Shown piece after piece: positions 35,504-44,830 of a stretch of 44,966 bases of DNA (its first letter is position 1; each line of letters starts with the position of its first letter). A program made the position numbers and the translations under genes. The stretch covers positions 1 to 44,966 of the forward strand of contig CAXULY010000044.1 of the NCBI GenBank assembly GCA_964252075.1. The letters are read 5' to 3'. The stretch comes from an uncultured Deinococcaceae bacterium. GTDB taxonomy: Bacteria; Deinococcota; Deinococci; Deinococcales; Deinococcaceae. The notes under the pieces are model-generated. The model ran no database searches. It saw only the letters and a list, made by a program, of their open reading frames with translations, and had not been told where the DNA came from.

Positions 35504-35564
35504 ACGCCGACCCGTCAGGCGCACCCCACGCGCAGGGTTTCACCTTCCACTAACATGCGGGGCA

Positions 35565-35972
35565 GTGGACACCCTCCTTGATGACCTGCGCTCCGTCTCG
35601 GCCATCGCGCCGGGGGTGCTGCTGCGCGTGGCGAACACCAGTGGCGAGCACTTCTACGCGGGCTTCACGCAGAAGAACGATTACGGCCTCCCCACGGACG
35701 CGCGCGTGCACCTGTCCATCGCGCCCAGCGGCCTGAAGGCCATGTGGATGAAAGGCGACGTGCCGCACCTGCTGCTGCTGCTCATGAACTGGGCGGCGGG
35801 ACGGCAGCTGATGGTGCGCATGGATCACCGCATGGAATTCGACGAGAACGGACAGGTGCCCGTGTACCTGCTGGCCCTGTGGGACGTGGAGGAACGCGTG
35901 CGCGCCAGCGGCCGCGACCCCCTCACCGCGCTGCTGCGCGCCATCGTGCTGAACAGCCAGCTGGACGTGTGA
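35565..35972 (+). CDS. Hypothetical protein
   Basis: 135 aa, GC3-biased codons, globular-looking composition; TAACAT precedes the GTG. Confidence 0.65.
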   Translation: MDTLLDDLRSVSAIAPGVLLRVANTSGEHFYAGFTQKNDYGLPTDARVHLSIAPSGLKAMWMKGDVPHLLLLLMNWAAGRQLMVRMDHRMEFDENGQVPVYLLALWDVEERVRASGRDPLTALLRAIVLNSQLDV

Positions 35973-36030
35973 ACGCATGCGGGCCAGCCCTTCTGGGCTG
36001 GCCCGCGCGCTTGGGGGGGCTGGTCGGGCG

Positions 36031-36498
36031 TCAGCCCTTGAGGTTGCGGGTGGCTTCCATGCTGTTCTTCAGCGCGCTCACCCGGTCATGGTTGGCCCTC
36101 ACCACGCTGTACTGCTGCTCCAGCAGGCTCTTCACTTCCAGCGGCAGGTCCTCTTTCAGCACGTCCTGGTAGTTCTGCACGGCGGCGTCCTCGCCGCGCT
36201 CCGCTTCCGCCACGACCGCGTAATCATCGTGACCCGTCACGGCGTCCCGCACGTTCAGCCACGCGCGGTGTAGTGCCGCGCCCGCGCTGCCGTGCTCGCG
36301 CGGCGTGGCGCCCATCTGCGCGATGACCGTCTCGATCTGCCCGGCGAGGCGGCTGCGCTCCTCACCGAAGTTCGTCAGCATGCTGCGCAGTTGCGGGTCG
36401 GTGGCGTTCTCGGCGGCCTCCCGGTAACCGGTCTCGCCGTCGTGCAGGGTGCCCAGGATGTACTGCAGTTTGTCGCGCGTCTGATCGTTGTTCAACAT
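36031..36498 (-). CDS. PA2169/DUF2383 ferritin-like four-helix bundle protein
   Basis: DGETGYREAAE, GSAGAALHRAW and EAERGEDAA motifs; GGAGGAG RBS. Confidence 0.88.
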   Translation of the reverse strand: MLNNDQTRDKLQYILGTLHDGETGYREAAENATDPQLRSMLTNFGEERSRLAGQIETVIAQMGATPREHGSAGAALHRAWLNVRDAVTGHDDYAVVAEAERGEDAAVQNYQDVLKEDLPLEVKSLLEQQYSVVRANHDRVSALKNSMEATRNLKG

Positions 36499-37468
36499 GG
36501 TGTCGCTCCTCCGGTCGGTCGGACGTCGTGCCTCCGGCCTGTCAGCGCCAGCGTAGGCGCCTCAGCCATGAGCGTCCCTTCACAACGGCAAAGATGAGCT
36601 TCAGGGAGTCTTGGCCGCACGTTGACACCGTTGCTCCGCATACAGGTGAGGAAGGCAATGGATTGAAGGGCGCAGACCTGAATTGGACTCCCGAATCTCG
36701 ATCTGCGGCGCATTTCTGGCGCTCACTTCGTTATGGCCTACAAGGTCGCTGACGTTCGCCGCTCAACAGGAGGGTCCCTCCCTGGCTGCTCGCCGTTCAG
36801 GTTGCGCGCCAAGCGCACGCGGATGCCGCCGGGGTCAGCCTCCGTCTGGTTGAGGCCGGTGGAGAACACCATGCAGCGGTCACCGGCGTTCAGGAGGGTG
36901 AGGTCGTGCGTTTTGAGCTGTACGGTCAGGGAGAGCATTTCCAGGGCGGCGTGAGGATCAGCCGGGATCAGGCGGCGAGGAGTATCCCTGCCTTGCGGGT
37001 CATGGGCCCTACGTCGGCGCCCGTACCGGACGCGGAGCCGCTGACGGAGTTATGGGCTTTGACATATCAGCGAACCGATTTTGCTGTGTTAAAGCCGCTG
37101 CTTGCTCGAAGACGCGAAGTGTATGCTCTGCGCGCGGTCTGTGTATGACACAACCGCGCTGTTGCCACCGTGAGCGCTGACAATCCAGGCCGTACTGGTG
37201 TCCATGCAGAGCGTTTCAGATCATTTGAAAAACAGATAGACGGCACTTGGCGGACCAATCCAGCAAAACACTGGATGACCTTTACACTTCTCGCCTGCTC
37301 CTCCAGATTCACACAAGGCGCCTTCAGCGTGCGTGGACCCACGGCGAACTGCGCCTTGCGTAGCCTCGGTCGGGAGGTTCTCATGACGCCATCCACCAAC
37401 CGCGCGACGCCCCGTTCCCACCAGCACCACCGGACGAGCCCACCGCGCACGGTGTCGGGGGGCACACC

Positions 37469-39265
37469 ATGAGCGCCGAGCAGAAACGGGTCGCGGACGC
37501 CCTCGTGGAGCGCCTTACGGCCTGGGGCGTGCGCCGCCTGTACGGGTACGCGGGGGACGGCATCAACGGCCTGCTGGGCGCGCTGGACCGCGCGGGGAAT
37601 CGTCCTGAGTTCACGCCCGTGGCGCACGAGGAACTCGCGTCCTTCATGGCGACCGCGCACGCGAAATTCACGGGCGAGGTGGGCGTGTGCGCCGCCACCA
37701 GCGGCCCCGGCGCGATTCACCTGCTGAACGGCCTGTACGACGCGCGTCTCGACCACCAGCCGGTCGTGGCGATCGTGGGGCAGCAGCCCACCACCGCGCT
37801 GGGTGGCAGTTACCTGCAGGAGGTGGACCTGCCCGTGCTGTACAAGGACGTGGCGCGCGACTTCCTGGGCGTGCTGTCGCACCCCGCGCAACTGCGGCAC
37901 CTGCTGGACCGCGCCTTCCGCGTGGCGCTGGAGCGCCGCACCGTGACGGCCCTGATCGTGCCGCAGGACCTGCAGGAGGAGCCCGCGCAGGACGACCTGC
38001 CGCCCGAGCACGGCTTCCAGCACTCCGGGGTGGGGTACCGCGCGCCGCTGGTCGTGCCGCAGGAGGATGACCTGCAGCGCGCCGCGGACGTGCTGAACGC
38101 CGGGCGGCGCGTGGCGATCCTGGCGGGCGCCGGGGCGCTCGGCGCGACCGACGAACTGATTGAGGTGGCGGACGCGCTCGGCGCGGGCGTCGCGAAGGCG
38201 CTGCTCGGGAAGGCCAGCGTGCCGGACGACCTGCCGTTCGTGACGGGCTCCGTGGGGTGGCTGGGCACGGCGGCCAGCAACAGCATGATGCAGGACTGCG
38301 ACACCCTGCTGATGGTGGGCTCCAGCTTCCCGTACACCGAGTACCTCCCCAAGGAGGGGCAGGCGCGCGGCGTGCAGGTGGACCGCACCGCCATGAACCT
38401 CAGCCTGCGCTACCCCATGGAGGTCGGCCTGGTGGGGGACAGCGCCGCCACCCTGCGCGCCCTGCTGCCGCGCCTGGAACGCAAGACGGACCGAAGCTGG
38501 CAGCAGGACATCCAGGGTCGCGTGGCGGCGTGGTGGCAGGAGGTGGACCGCCGCGCGCAGCAGCCCGCGAAGCCCCTCAACCCGCAGCTGGTGGTGAATG
38601 AACTGTCCGGGCGCCTGCCCGAGAACGCCATCCTGACGGGCGACTCGGGCAGCAGCACCGTGTGGCTGGCGCGCAACGTGCGCCTGCGCCGGGGCATGAT
38701 GGCGTCGCTGTCCGGCGGGCTCGCCAGCATGGGGAGCGGCGTGCCCTACGCCGTCGCCGCGAAGCTGAACTTCCCGGAGCGCCTCGTGGTGGCGCTCGTG
38801 GGGGACGGCGCCATGCAGATGACCGGGAACGCCGCGCTGCTGTCCGTCGCGCGCGCGTGGCGGGACTGGCCGGACCCCCGCATGGTGATCGTGGTGTTCA
38901 ACAACCGCGACCTGAACTACGTGACGTGGGAGCAGCGCGTGATGGGCGGCAGCCCGCGCTTCACGCCCAGCCAGGACGTGCCGGACTTCCCGTACGCCCG
39001 CATGGCGGACCTGCTGGGCCTGCGCGGCATCCGCGTGGACAGCCCGGACGCCGTGGCGGGCGCCTGGGAAGAAGCCCTGAGCGCGGACCGCCCCGTGCTG
39101 CTGGAGGCCGTGGTGGACCCGGACGTGCCGCCCCTGCCGCCCCAGCTGCGCACCAAGCAGCGTGAGCAGCTGAGCCAGGCACTGCAGGAGGACGGGCGGG
39201 CGGAGGGCGTGCGGGAGCAGCTGAAACTGCAGGGCCTGAACCTTCAGGAACAGGGGGACGCATGA
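37469..39265 (+). CDS. Thiamine diphosphate-dependent enzyme, pyruvate oxidase (PoxB/YdaP)-like
   Basis: GDGING, HEELA, TSGPGAIHLLNGLYDA, and TPP motif GDGAMQM...NN. Confidence 0.88.
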   Translation: MSAEQKRVADALVERLTAWGVRRLYGYAGDGINGLLGALDRAGNRPEFTPVAHEELASFMATAHAKFTGEVGVCAATSGPGAIHLLNGLYDARLDHQPVVAIVGQQPTTALGGSYLQEVDLPVLYKDVARDFLGVLSHPAQLRHLLDRAFRVALERRTVTALIVPQDLQEEPAQDDLPPEHGFQHSGVGYRAPLVVPQEDDLQRAADVLNAGRRVAILAGAGALGATDELIEVADALGAGVAKALLGKASVPDDLPFVTGSVGWLGTAASNSMMQDCDTLLMVGSSFPYTEYLPKEGQARGVQVDRTAMNLSLRYPMEVGLVGDSAATLRALLPRLERKTDRSWQQDIQGRVAAWWQEVDRRAQQPAKPLNPQLVVNELSGRLPENAILTGDSGSSTVWLARNVRLRRGMMASLSGGLASMGSGVPYAVAAKLNFPERLVVALVGDGAMQMTGNAALLSVARAWRDWPDPRMVIVVFNNRDLNYVTWEQRVMGGSPRFTPSQDVPDFPYARMADLLGLRGIRVDSPDAVAGAWEEALSADRPVLLEAVVDPDVPPLPPQLRTKQREQLSQALQEDGRAEGVREQLKLQGLNLQEQGDA

Positions 39266-41643
39266 CGAGCGAAACGCGGGACAGCATTCGGGACATCTGG
39301 GGGCCGCGCACCCCGCACGGCAAGGACCAGACGTGGCCCGAACGCGTGGACGAGCGCGTGAGTGAGACGCCGGAGCGCTGGGTGCGCGGCACGTGCGTGC
39401 TGTGCTCGAACGGCTGCGGGCTGGACATCGGCGTGAAGGGCGGGAAGATCGTGGGGGTGCGCGGCCTGGGCACGGACGTCACGAACCGCGGGCGGCTCGG
39501 CCCGAAGGGCCTGCACGGCTGGGAGGCGAACAACAGCCCCGACCGCCTCACAACACCCCTCATCCGCAAGGATGGGCAGCTGGTGGAGGCCAGCTGGGAC
39601 GAGGCGATGGACCTGATCGTGCAGAAGTCCAGGGAGACCATCGAGCGGCACACGGCGCTCGGCATGGGCTTTTACACCAGCGGGCAGCTGTTTCTGGAGG
39701 AGTACTACACGCTCGGCGTGATCGGCAAGGCGGGCCTCGGCACGCCGCACATGGACGGCAACACCCGCTTGTGCACCGCCACCGCCGCCGCCGCCCTCAA
39801 GGAATCCTTCGGGTCGGACGGGCAGCCGGGCGGCTACGCCGACCTCGACGTGACGGACACCATCTTGCACATAGGGCACAACATCGCCTCGCAGCAGACG
39901 GTGCTGTGGATGCGCATCCTCGACCGCCTGGAGGGCCCGAACCCCCCGAAGATCATCGTGATTGACCCCCGGCGCACCTTCACCGCCGAGAAGGCCACCG
40001 TGCACCTCGCGCCGAGGGTCGGCACGAACGTCGCGGTGCTGAACGGCCTGCTGCACCTCATCATCCAGGCGGGCAGGACGGACGAGGCTTTCCTGGAGGC
40101 GCACACCACCGGCGCCGCGCACCTCAAGGAGGTCGTGGCGAAGTACACGCCGGAGCGCGTGGAGGCACTCTCGGGCGTGCCCGCACGCGACCTGCGCGCC
40201 GCCGCGGAGATCCTCGCGAACACCGAGACGCTGGTTTCCACGGTGCTGCAGGGCGTGTACCAGTCCATGCAGGCGACCGCCGCCGCCGTGCAGGTGAACA
40301 ACATCCACCTGATCCGCGGGCTGATCGGGAAGCCCGGGAGCGGCATCCTGCAGATGAACGGGCAGCCCACCGCGCAGAACACCCGCGAGACCGGCGCGGA
40401 CGGCGACCTGCCGGGCTTCCGCAACTGGGAGAACCCCAACCACGTCCAGCAGCTCGCGCGCCTCTGGAACGTGCACGTGAACAAGATCCCGCACTGGAGT
40501 CCCCCCACGCACGCCATGCAGATCTTCCGGTACTGCGAGACGGGCAGCATCAAGTTCCTGTGGATTCAGGCGACGAACCCCGCCGTGTCCATGCCGGACC
40601 TCGCGCGCGTGCGGCGCATCCTGGGCAAAGAGGACCTGTTCGTGGTGGTGCAGGACGCCTTCCTGACCGAGACGACGCGCTACGCGGACGTGGTGCTGCC
40701 CGCCGCCATCTGGGGCGAGAAGACCGGCACCTTCACGAACGTGAGCCGCACCGTGCACATCTCCATGAAGGCGGTGGAGCCGCCCGGCGAGGCGAGGAGC
40801 GACCTCGACATCTTCCTGGATTACGCGCGGCGCATGGATTTCCGCGATCAGGACGGCGCGCCGCTCATCAAGTGGAGCACGCCCGAGGAGACCTTCGAGG
40901 CGTGGAAAGAATGCACGCGCGGGCGGCCCTGCGACTACACGGGCCTCACGTACGAGAAACTGCTCGCGGGCAGCGGCGTGCCGTGGCCCGTGAACGCCGA
41001 GCACCCGGACGGCACCGTGCGCCTGTACACCGACCACGTGTTCCCCACCGACGTGGAGACCGCCGAGACCTACGGGCAGGACTTCGACACGGGCGCGGGC
41101 ACCACCAAGGCCGAATACAAGGCGAGCGACCCGGCGGGCCGCGCGATGGTGAAGGCCGCCGAGCACCGCGACCCGCACGAGGTGCCGGACGACGAGTACC
41201 CGCTGTGGCTCACCACCGGGCGCCTCGTGTACCACTTCCACACGCGCACCAAGACCGCCCGCTCCAGGGCCCTGGACCGCGCCGCGCCCGACGCCTTCGT
41301 GCAGATGGCGCCCGAGGACGCCGGGCGGCTCGGCATCCGGGACGGCGACTGGGTGCTCATCGAGTCGCGGCGCGGCCTCGTGATTGAGCGCGCGCAGGTG
41401 GGCGGCGTGGAGCCCGGCCTGGTGTTCATCCCCTGGCATTACGGCTCCTGGGATGACCCCAGCCGCCCGCGCGCCGCGAACGAACTGACCCTCACCGAGT
41501 GGGACCCCGTGAGCAAGCAGCCGCACTACAAGTACGCCGCCGTGCGCGTGAGCAAATACGACCCCAAGGACGCCGTGCCCGCGCCAGGCCTGCTGGGCCG
41601 CGCCGTGAACGCCGTGCGGGGCCTCGTCTCGGGGGAGGACTGA
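39262..41643 (+). CDS. Mo-bisPGD oxidoreductase, nitrate reductase (Nas/Nap)-like, cytoplasmic
   Basis: CxxCxxxC, NTRLC (Mo ligand), GQP, TNPAVSMP, DVVLPAA.WGEKTGT and LTTGR..HFHT motifs; ATGA overlap with the upstream gene; no Tat signal. Confidence 0.88.
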   Translation: MTSETRDSIRDIWGPRTPHGKDQTWPERVDERVSETPERWVRGTCVLCSNGCGLDIGVKGGKIVGVRGLGTDVTNRGRLGPKGLHGWEANNSPDRLTTPLIRKDGQLVEASWDEAMDLIVQKSRETIERHTALGMGFYTSGQLFLEEYYTLGVIGKAGLGTPHMDGNTRLCTATAAAALKESFGSDGQPGGYADLDVTDTILHIGHNIASQQTVLWMRILDRLEGPNPPKIIVIDPRRTFTAEKATVHLAPRVGTNVAVLNGLLHLIIQAGRTDEAFLEAHTTGAAHLKEVVAKYTPERVEALSGVPARDLRAAAEILANTETLVSTVLQGVYQSMQATAAAVQVNNIHLIRGLIGKPGSGILQMNGQPTAQNTRETGADGDLPGFRNWENPNHVQQLARLWNVHVNKIPHWSPPTHAMQIFRYCETGSIKFLWIQATNPAVSMPDLARVRRILGKEDLFVVVQDAFLTETTRYADVVLPAAIWGEKTGTFTNVSRTVHISMKAVEPPGEARSDLDIFLDYARRMDFRDQDGAPLIKWSTPEETFEAWKECTRGRPCDYTGLTYEKLLAGSGVPWPVNAEHPDGTVRLYTDHVFPTDVETAETYGQDFDTGAGTTKAEYKASDPAGRAMVKAAEHRDPHEVPDDEYPLWLTTGRLVYHFHTRTKTARSRALDRAAPDAFVQMAPEDAGRLGIRDGDWVLIESRRGLVIERAQVGGVEPGLVFIPWHYGSWDDPSRPRAANELTLTEWDPVSKQPHYKYAAVRVSKYDPKDAVPAPGLLGRAVNAVRGLVSGED

Positions 41644-41644
41644 C

Positions 41645-42103
41645 ATGCACGTCGGGAATTACCTGGGCCTGCTGCACGGCAGCGAAACGCGCCTCGCGGA
41701 CGCCTTCGAGCGCGTCGCGGACCACCACGGCGACGAACCGGACATCCAGGCCACCTGCCGCCTGCTGGCGGGCTGGTCGCGGCAGCACCTCGAACAGGTG
41801 CGCCCGCTCGTCGAGCGGTACCAGGAGCGGCGCAGCCCCGAACCCGAGGCGCTGGAGCACGCCCTCTTCCACGGGCCGCGCACCGGCGGGCTGGGCCTGC
41901 TGCGCGACCTGCACGACCTGTGGCTGATGGCGAACGAGGTGCAGCTGTGCTGGACGCTGCTGGAGCAGGCGGCGCAGGCGCTGCGCGACGAGGACCTAGA
42001 ACGCACTTGCCAGACGTGCAGCGGCGAGACGAAACGCCAGGTGGCGTTCCTGCTCACGCGCGCCAAGCAGGCCGCCCCGCAGACCCTGGTGGTGGCGTCG
42101 TGA
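41645..42103 (+). CDS. Ferritin-like helical protein associated with the Mo oxidoreductase
   Basis: Starts 1 nt after the upstream stop; all-helical pattern with E/H residues spaced as in ferritin-like bundles. Confidence 0.65.
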   Translation: MHVGNYLGLLHGSETRLADAFERVADHHGDEPDIQATCRLLAGWSRQHLEQVRPLVERYQERRSPEPEALEHALFHGPRTGGLGLLRDLHDLWLMANEVQLCWTLLEQAAQALRDEDLERTCQTCSGETKRQVAFLLTRAKQAAPQTLVVAS

Positions 42104-42122
42104 CGGCGCGCCCCGCCCGCCC

Positions 42123-42620
42123 GTGAAGCGCTGGCCGGACGCCGCGTGGGCGCCCCTCAGTGCGGGCCTGCTGATGCTGTGGGTGGGCCTCGTGGGGCTG
42201 GCGCTGCACCAGCCGCTGCTGTTCCCCAGCCTCGGCCCGACCGCCTTCCTGCTCGCCGAGACGCCCGACCAGCCCGCCTCCCGCCCCTACAACACCCTGG
42301 TGGGGCACGGCGCGGGACTGCTGGCAGGCCTGATCTCGGTGTGGGTGACGGGCACCGCGCACGCCGCGAGCGTCCTCGCCACGCACGACCTCACCGCGCC
42401 GCGCGCGCTGGCCTCCGTCCTCGCCGTGGTCATGACGCTGCTCGCCCTGACGTGGCTGCGCGCCCAGCACCCGCCGGCCGCCGCCACCACGCTGCTCGTC
42501 GCGCTGGGCGGCATTCAGCCCACCGTGCATGGGGTGGCGGTCGTGGTGGGCGGCGTGCTGCTGCTGGAAGCGCTGGGTGAACCCCTCCGGCGCTGGCGCC
42601 TGAGCGCCCGCACCGAGTAA
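42123..42620 (+). CDS. HPP-family membrane protein
   Basis: PSLGPTA, PASRP..TLVGH and HPPAAAT motifs; about 4-5 TM. Confidence 0.85.
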   Translation: MKRWPDAAWAPLSAGLLMLWVGLVGLALHQPLLFPSLGPTAFLLAETPDQPASRPYNTLVGHGAGLLAGLISVWVTGTAHAASVLATHDLTAPRALASVLAVVMTLLALTWLRAQHPPAAATTLLVALGGIQPTVHGVAVVVGGVLLLEALGEPLRRWRLSARTE

Positions 42621-42824
42621 GGCGTCTGGCGCGGCGGAGCAACCCGGTGGCCGTGGCCACAGCCATCCGTCGCTGCGACCCGTAATACAGGTACGCGAGC
42701 GCCAGCGGTCCGGAAAGTGGAGGGCCTGAGGAGGTGCGCGTTCATCCCTGTGCCCCTGACCGCCGAGCCTTCCATCTTCGGGCCAGTCGGTGCGGTGGAG
42801 GTGCGCCCCGGTCTGAGTCCATAG

Positions 42825-42860
42825 AAAAACCCGGACGCCCACTCGGGCGTCCGGGTTCTT
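42825..42860. terminator. Bidirectional intrinsic terminator
   Basis: AAAAACCCGGACGCCC-actc-GGGCGTCCGGGTTCTT. Confidence 0.8.
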
Positions 42861-42872
42861 GAGTGAGGGTGT

Positions 42873-43823
42873 TTAGCGGCGGCTGCGGACGGGGCCGGTG
42901 TTGCCGCTGCCCGTGCCGGTCACCACGGCGCCCTCCTGGGGGAGGTCCTTGCCGAGGCCACCGCCGAGGGTGGTGAAGCCCAGGATCAGGCCGAGGGCCA
43001 GCAGGAAGGTCCACGCGGCGCGCGTCGCCGTCTGGCGCGCGATGCGCTCGGCGGCCTGCGCGGTGTTGGCCGCCTGCTGCTGCAGTTCCGTCACGCGCTG
43101 GCTGATGCTGGTCGCGGTGGCGGTCGCCTGCTGCTGGCTCAGGCCGGCGCGCTGCAGGCGCGTCACGAACTCCTGGCCCTGCAGGGCGTTCGTGATGCTC
43201 TTCACGCGGTTGTTGATCAGGTCAGGCAGCCCGCTGATGTTCGAGAGGTTGCTGCCGATGTCGGTGCTGGCGCGCTGCACGATGCCCGTCACGACGCGCG
43301 TGGCGGCGGTCGCCTGCTGCTCGCTCAGGTCCGGCGCCGCCTGACCGATCAGCGAGCCGATCTGCTGCTCATTCAGGCCGTTCACGAGGCTCTGCGCGGC
43401 GTCCGTCTGGCCCACGCCGGAGTTCGACGCGGCGGAAGCGGCAGAGGACGCGACGCTCGTCGCGCCACTCACGATGCCCGTCGCGGCGCGGAAGCCGGCG
43501 GTCAGCGCGTTGCTCAGGATGAAGGTGAACAGCAGCGCGAGCAGCGAGCCGGTCACCAGGCCGTTGAAGCGGCCCTGGGCGGGCGTCAGATACCCGGCGG
43601 CGCGCGCGGCGGTCAGGCCCGCCAGGAAGGACGACACGATGACGGAGACGGCCAGCCAGATGACGGCGCGCGTGGCGAGGTTGCCCACGCTGTCCGCGCC
43701 CGCGCCGAACGCCACGCCGAGGGCCGTGAGGGCCAGCTGGGTGGCGGCGCCCACGGCCAGGCCGGCGATGATGCCGGTCCAGGAGATGCGCGTCAGGAAA
43801 TTGCCGTGGTCGACGAGCGTCAT
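42873..43823 (-). CDS. Hypothetical membrane protein (3 N-terminal TM, Q/A-rich soluble helices, C-terminal TM)
   Basis: RISWTGIIAG N-terminus, hydrophobic helices; AAGGAG RBS; ATGA overlap with the upstream gene. Confidence 0.75.
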   Translation of the reverse strand: MTLVDHGNFLTRISWTGIIAGLAVGAATQLALTALGVAFGAGADSVGNLATRAVIWLAVSVIVSSFLAGLTAARAAGYLTPAQGRFNGLVTGSLLALLFTFILSNALTAGFRAATGIVSGATSVASSAASAASNSGVGQTDAAQSLVNGLNEQQIGSLIGQAAPDLSEQQATAATRVVTGIVQRASTDIGSNLSNISGLPDLINNRVKSITNALQGQEFVTRLQRAGLSQQQATATATSISQRVTELQQQAANTAQAAERIARQTATRAAWTFLLALGLILGFTTLGGGLGKDLPQEGAVVTGTGSGNTGPVRSRR

Positions 43824-44275
43824 GCCTTAACTCCTTCGTCGGTGCCGCGCTTCACGGCTTCGGCCATGTCCTTGGCCTGCTCGACGCCCTTTGCGCCCGC
43901 CTGCTTGAGTTCACCGGCGGCGTCCTGCGCGGCGTCACTGGGGTTCTGGCCCTGCAGGACGCTGCCCACCGCCTGCTTCGCGGCGTCGCCCGCCCGCGCG
44001 AGGTTGCCCTTGATGCCGGGGTTCACGCGGTCCAGCAGGTTGTCCACCTGCTCGCGCACGCTGGCGTTGCTGCGGTACAGGTACACCGCGCCGCCCAGCA
44101 GCACCAGCCCCCAGGGGAAGCCGCCGCCCTTGCGGCTGGCTTTGGTGAGGGCCTTCACCTGCGAGCGCAGGTCGCGGATCACGCCGTCCTGCTTGGACTC
44201 CAGCTTCTCCAGGCGCGCCGTGAGCGCCTGATCGAGCGCGGTGTGTTTCGTGGACTCAAACATCTGGGACACCAT
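43820..44275 (-). CDS. Hypothetical protein (coiled coil, one short hydrophobic helix, LEA-like tail)
   Basis: GGFPWGLVLLGGAVYLY followed by A/K/D/Q-rich amphipathic repeats. Confidence 0.7.
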   Translation of the reverse strand: MVSQMFESTKHTALDQALTARLEKLESKQDGVIRDLRSQVKALTKASRKGGGFPWGLVLLGGAVYLYRSNASVREQVDNLLDRVNPGIKGNLARAGDAAKQAVGSVLQGQNPSDAAQDAAGELKQAGAKGVEQAKDMAEAVKRGTDEGVKA

Positions 44276-44344
44276 GTAAAACCCCCTGTGGGACGGAGAA
44301 GAGAACGAAATAAGGAATGACCGTGGTGTTCAGGTGGCGCCGCA

Positions 44345-44782
44345 CTAGATGGGTTCCGGGGGGCGCTCCCACACGCCGGGCGAGGTCTCCACCGTGAGTT
44401 CCTCACGGCTGAGCGTCACGGGGATCTGCTGGCGCTCCACGACGGAGCGCTTGTCGATGCGGACCTGCTCGTACACCACCGGGCGTTTGCTGACTTCCGC
44501 TTCCTCGCGGTAAATCACCACTTCGTGCGTGCGGCCGGGCTCCAGTTCCTGATCGCCCAGCACGGCCAGCGGGCGGGACGCGCCGCGCGCCTCGACCGTG
44601 ATGAAGAGCGTCTCGGTGACCAGTTCGACCGTGACGGTCTCGGTGCGGGTCTGGCGTTCGCGGCGGATGGTCACGTGGCCTGCCGCTTCCCGCTGACGCT
44701 CGATGATGGCGCGTTCCTCGCGCAACTCGAGCGTCACGGGTTCAGTCCAGACGTGCACGCTGGCATCTTCAGGCTTGGTCAT
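44345..44782 (-). CDS. YsnF/AvaK (DUF2382) domain protein
   Basis: LELREERA, YREEAEVSKRPVVYEQVRI and LSREEL motifs; GAGGA RBS. Confidence 0.85.
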   Translation of the reverse strand: MTKPEDASVHVWTEPVTLELREERAIIERQREAAGHVTIRRERQTRTETVTVELVTETLFITVEARGASRPLAVLGDQELEPGRTHEVVIYREEAEVSKRPVVYEQVRIDKRSVVERQQIPVTLSREELTVETSPGVWERPPEPI

Positions 44783-44794
44783 GGCGTCCTCTGA

Positions 44795-44822
44795 GGTGGG
44801 GCCGTCACGTGACGGCCCCACC
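44795..44822. repeat. Perfect 28-bp palindrome between the two YsnF genes
   Basis: GGTGGGGCCGTCACGTGACGGCCCCACC. Confidence 0.8.
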
Positions 44823-44830
44823 GTCGGGCC

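Noticed and set aside
37050..37067. TTATG-N8-CATAT palindrome resembling an RDRM
   Set aside because: The spacer is one base too long for the 17-bp motif.
42621..42820. 200-nt gap after the HPP gene as a gene remnant or small RNA
   Set aside because: No convincing frame, motif or stable structure recognised.
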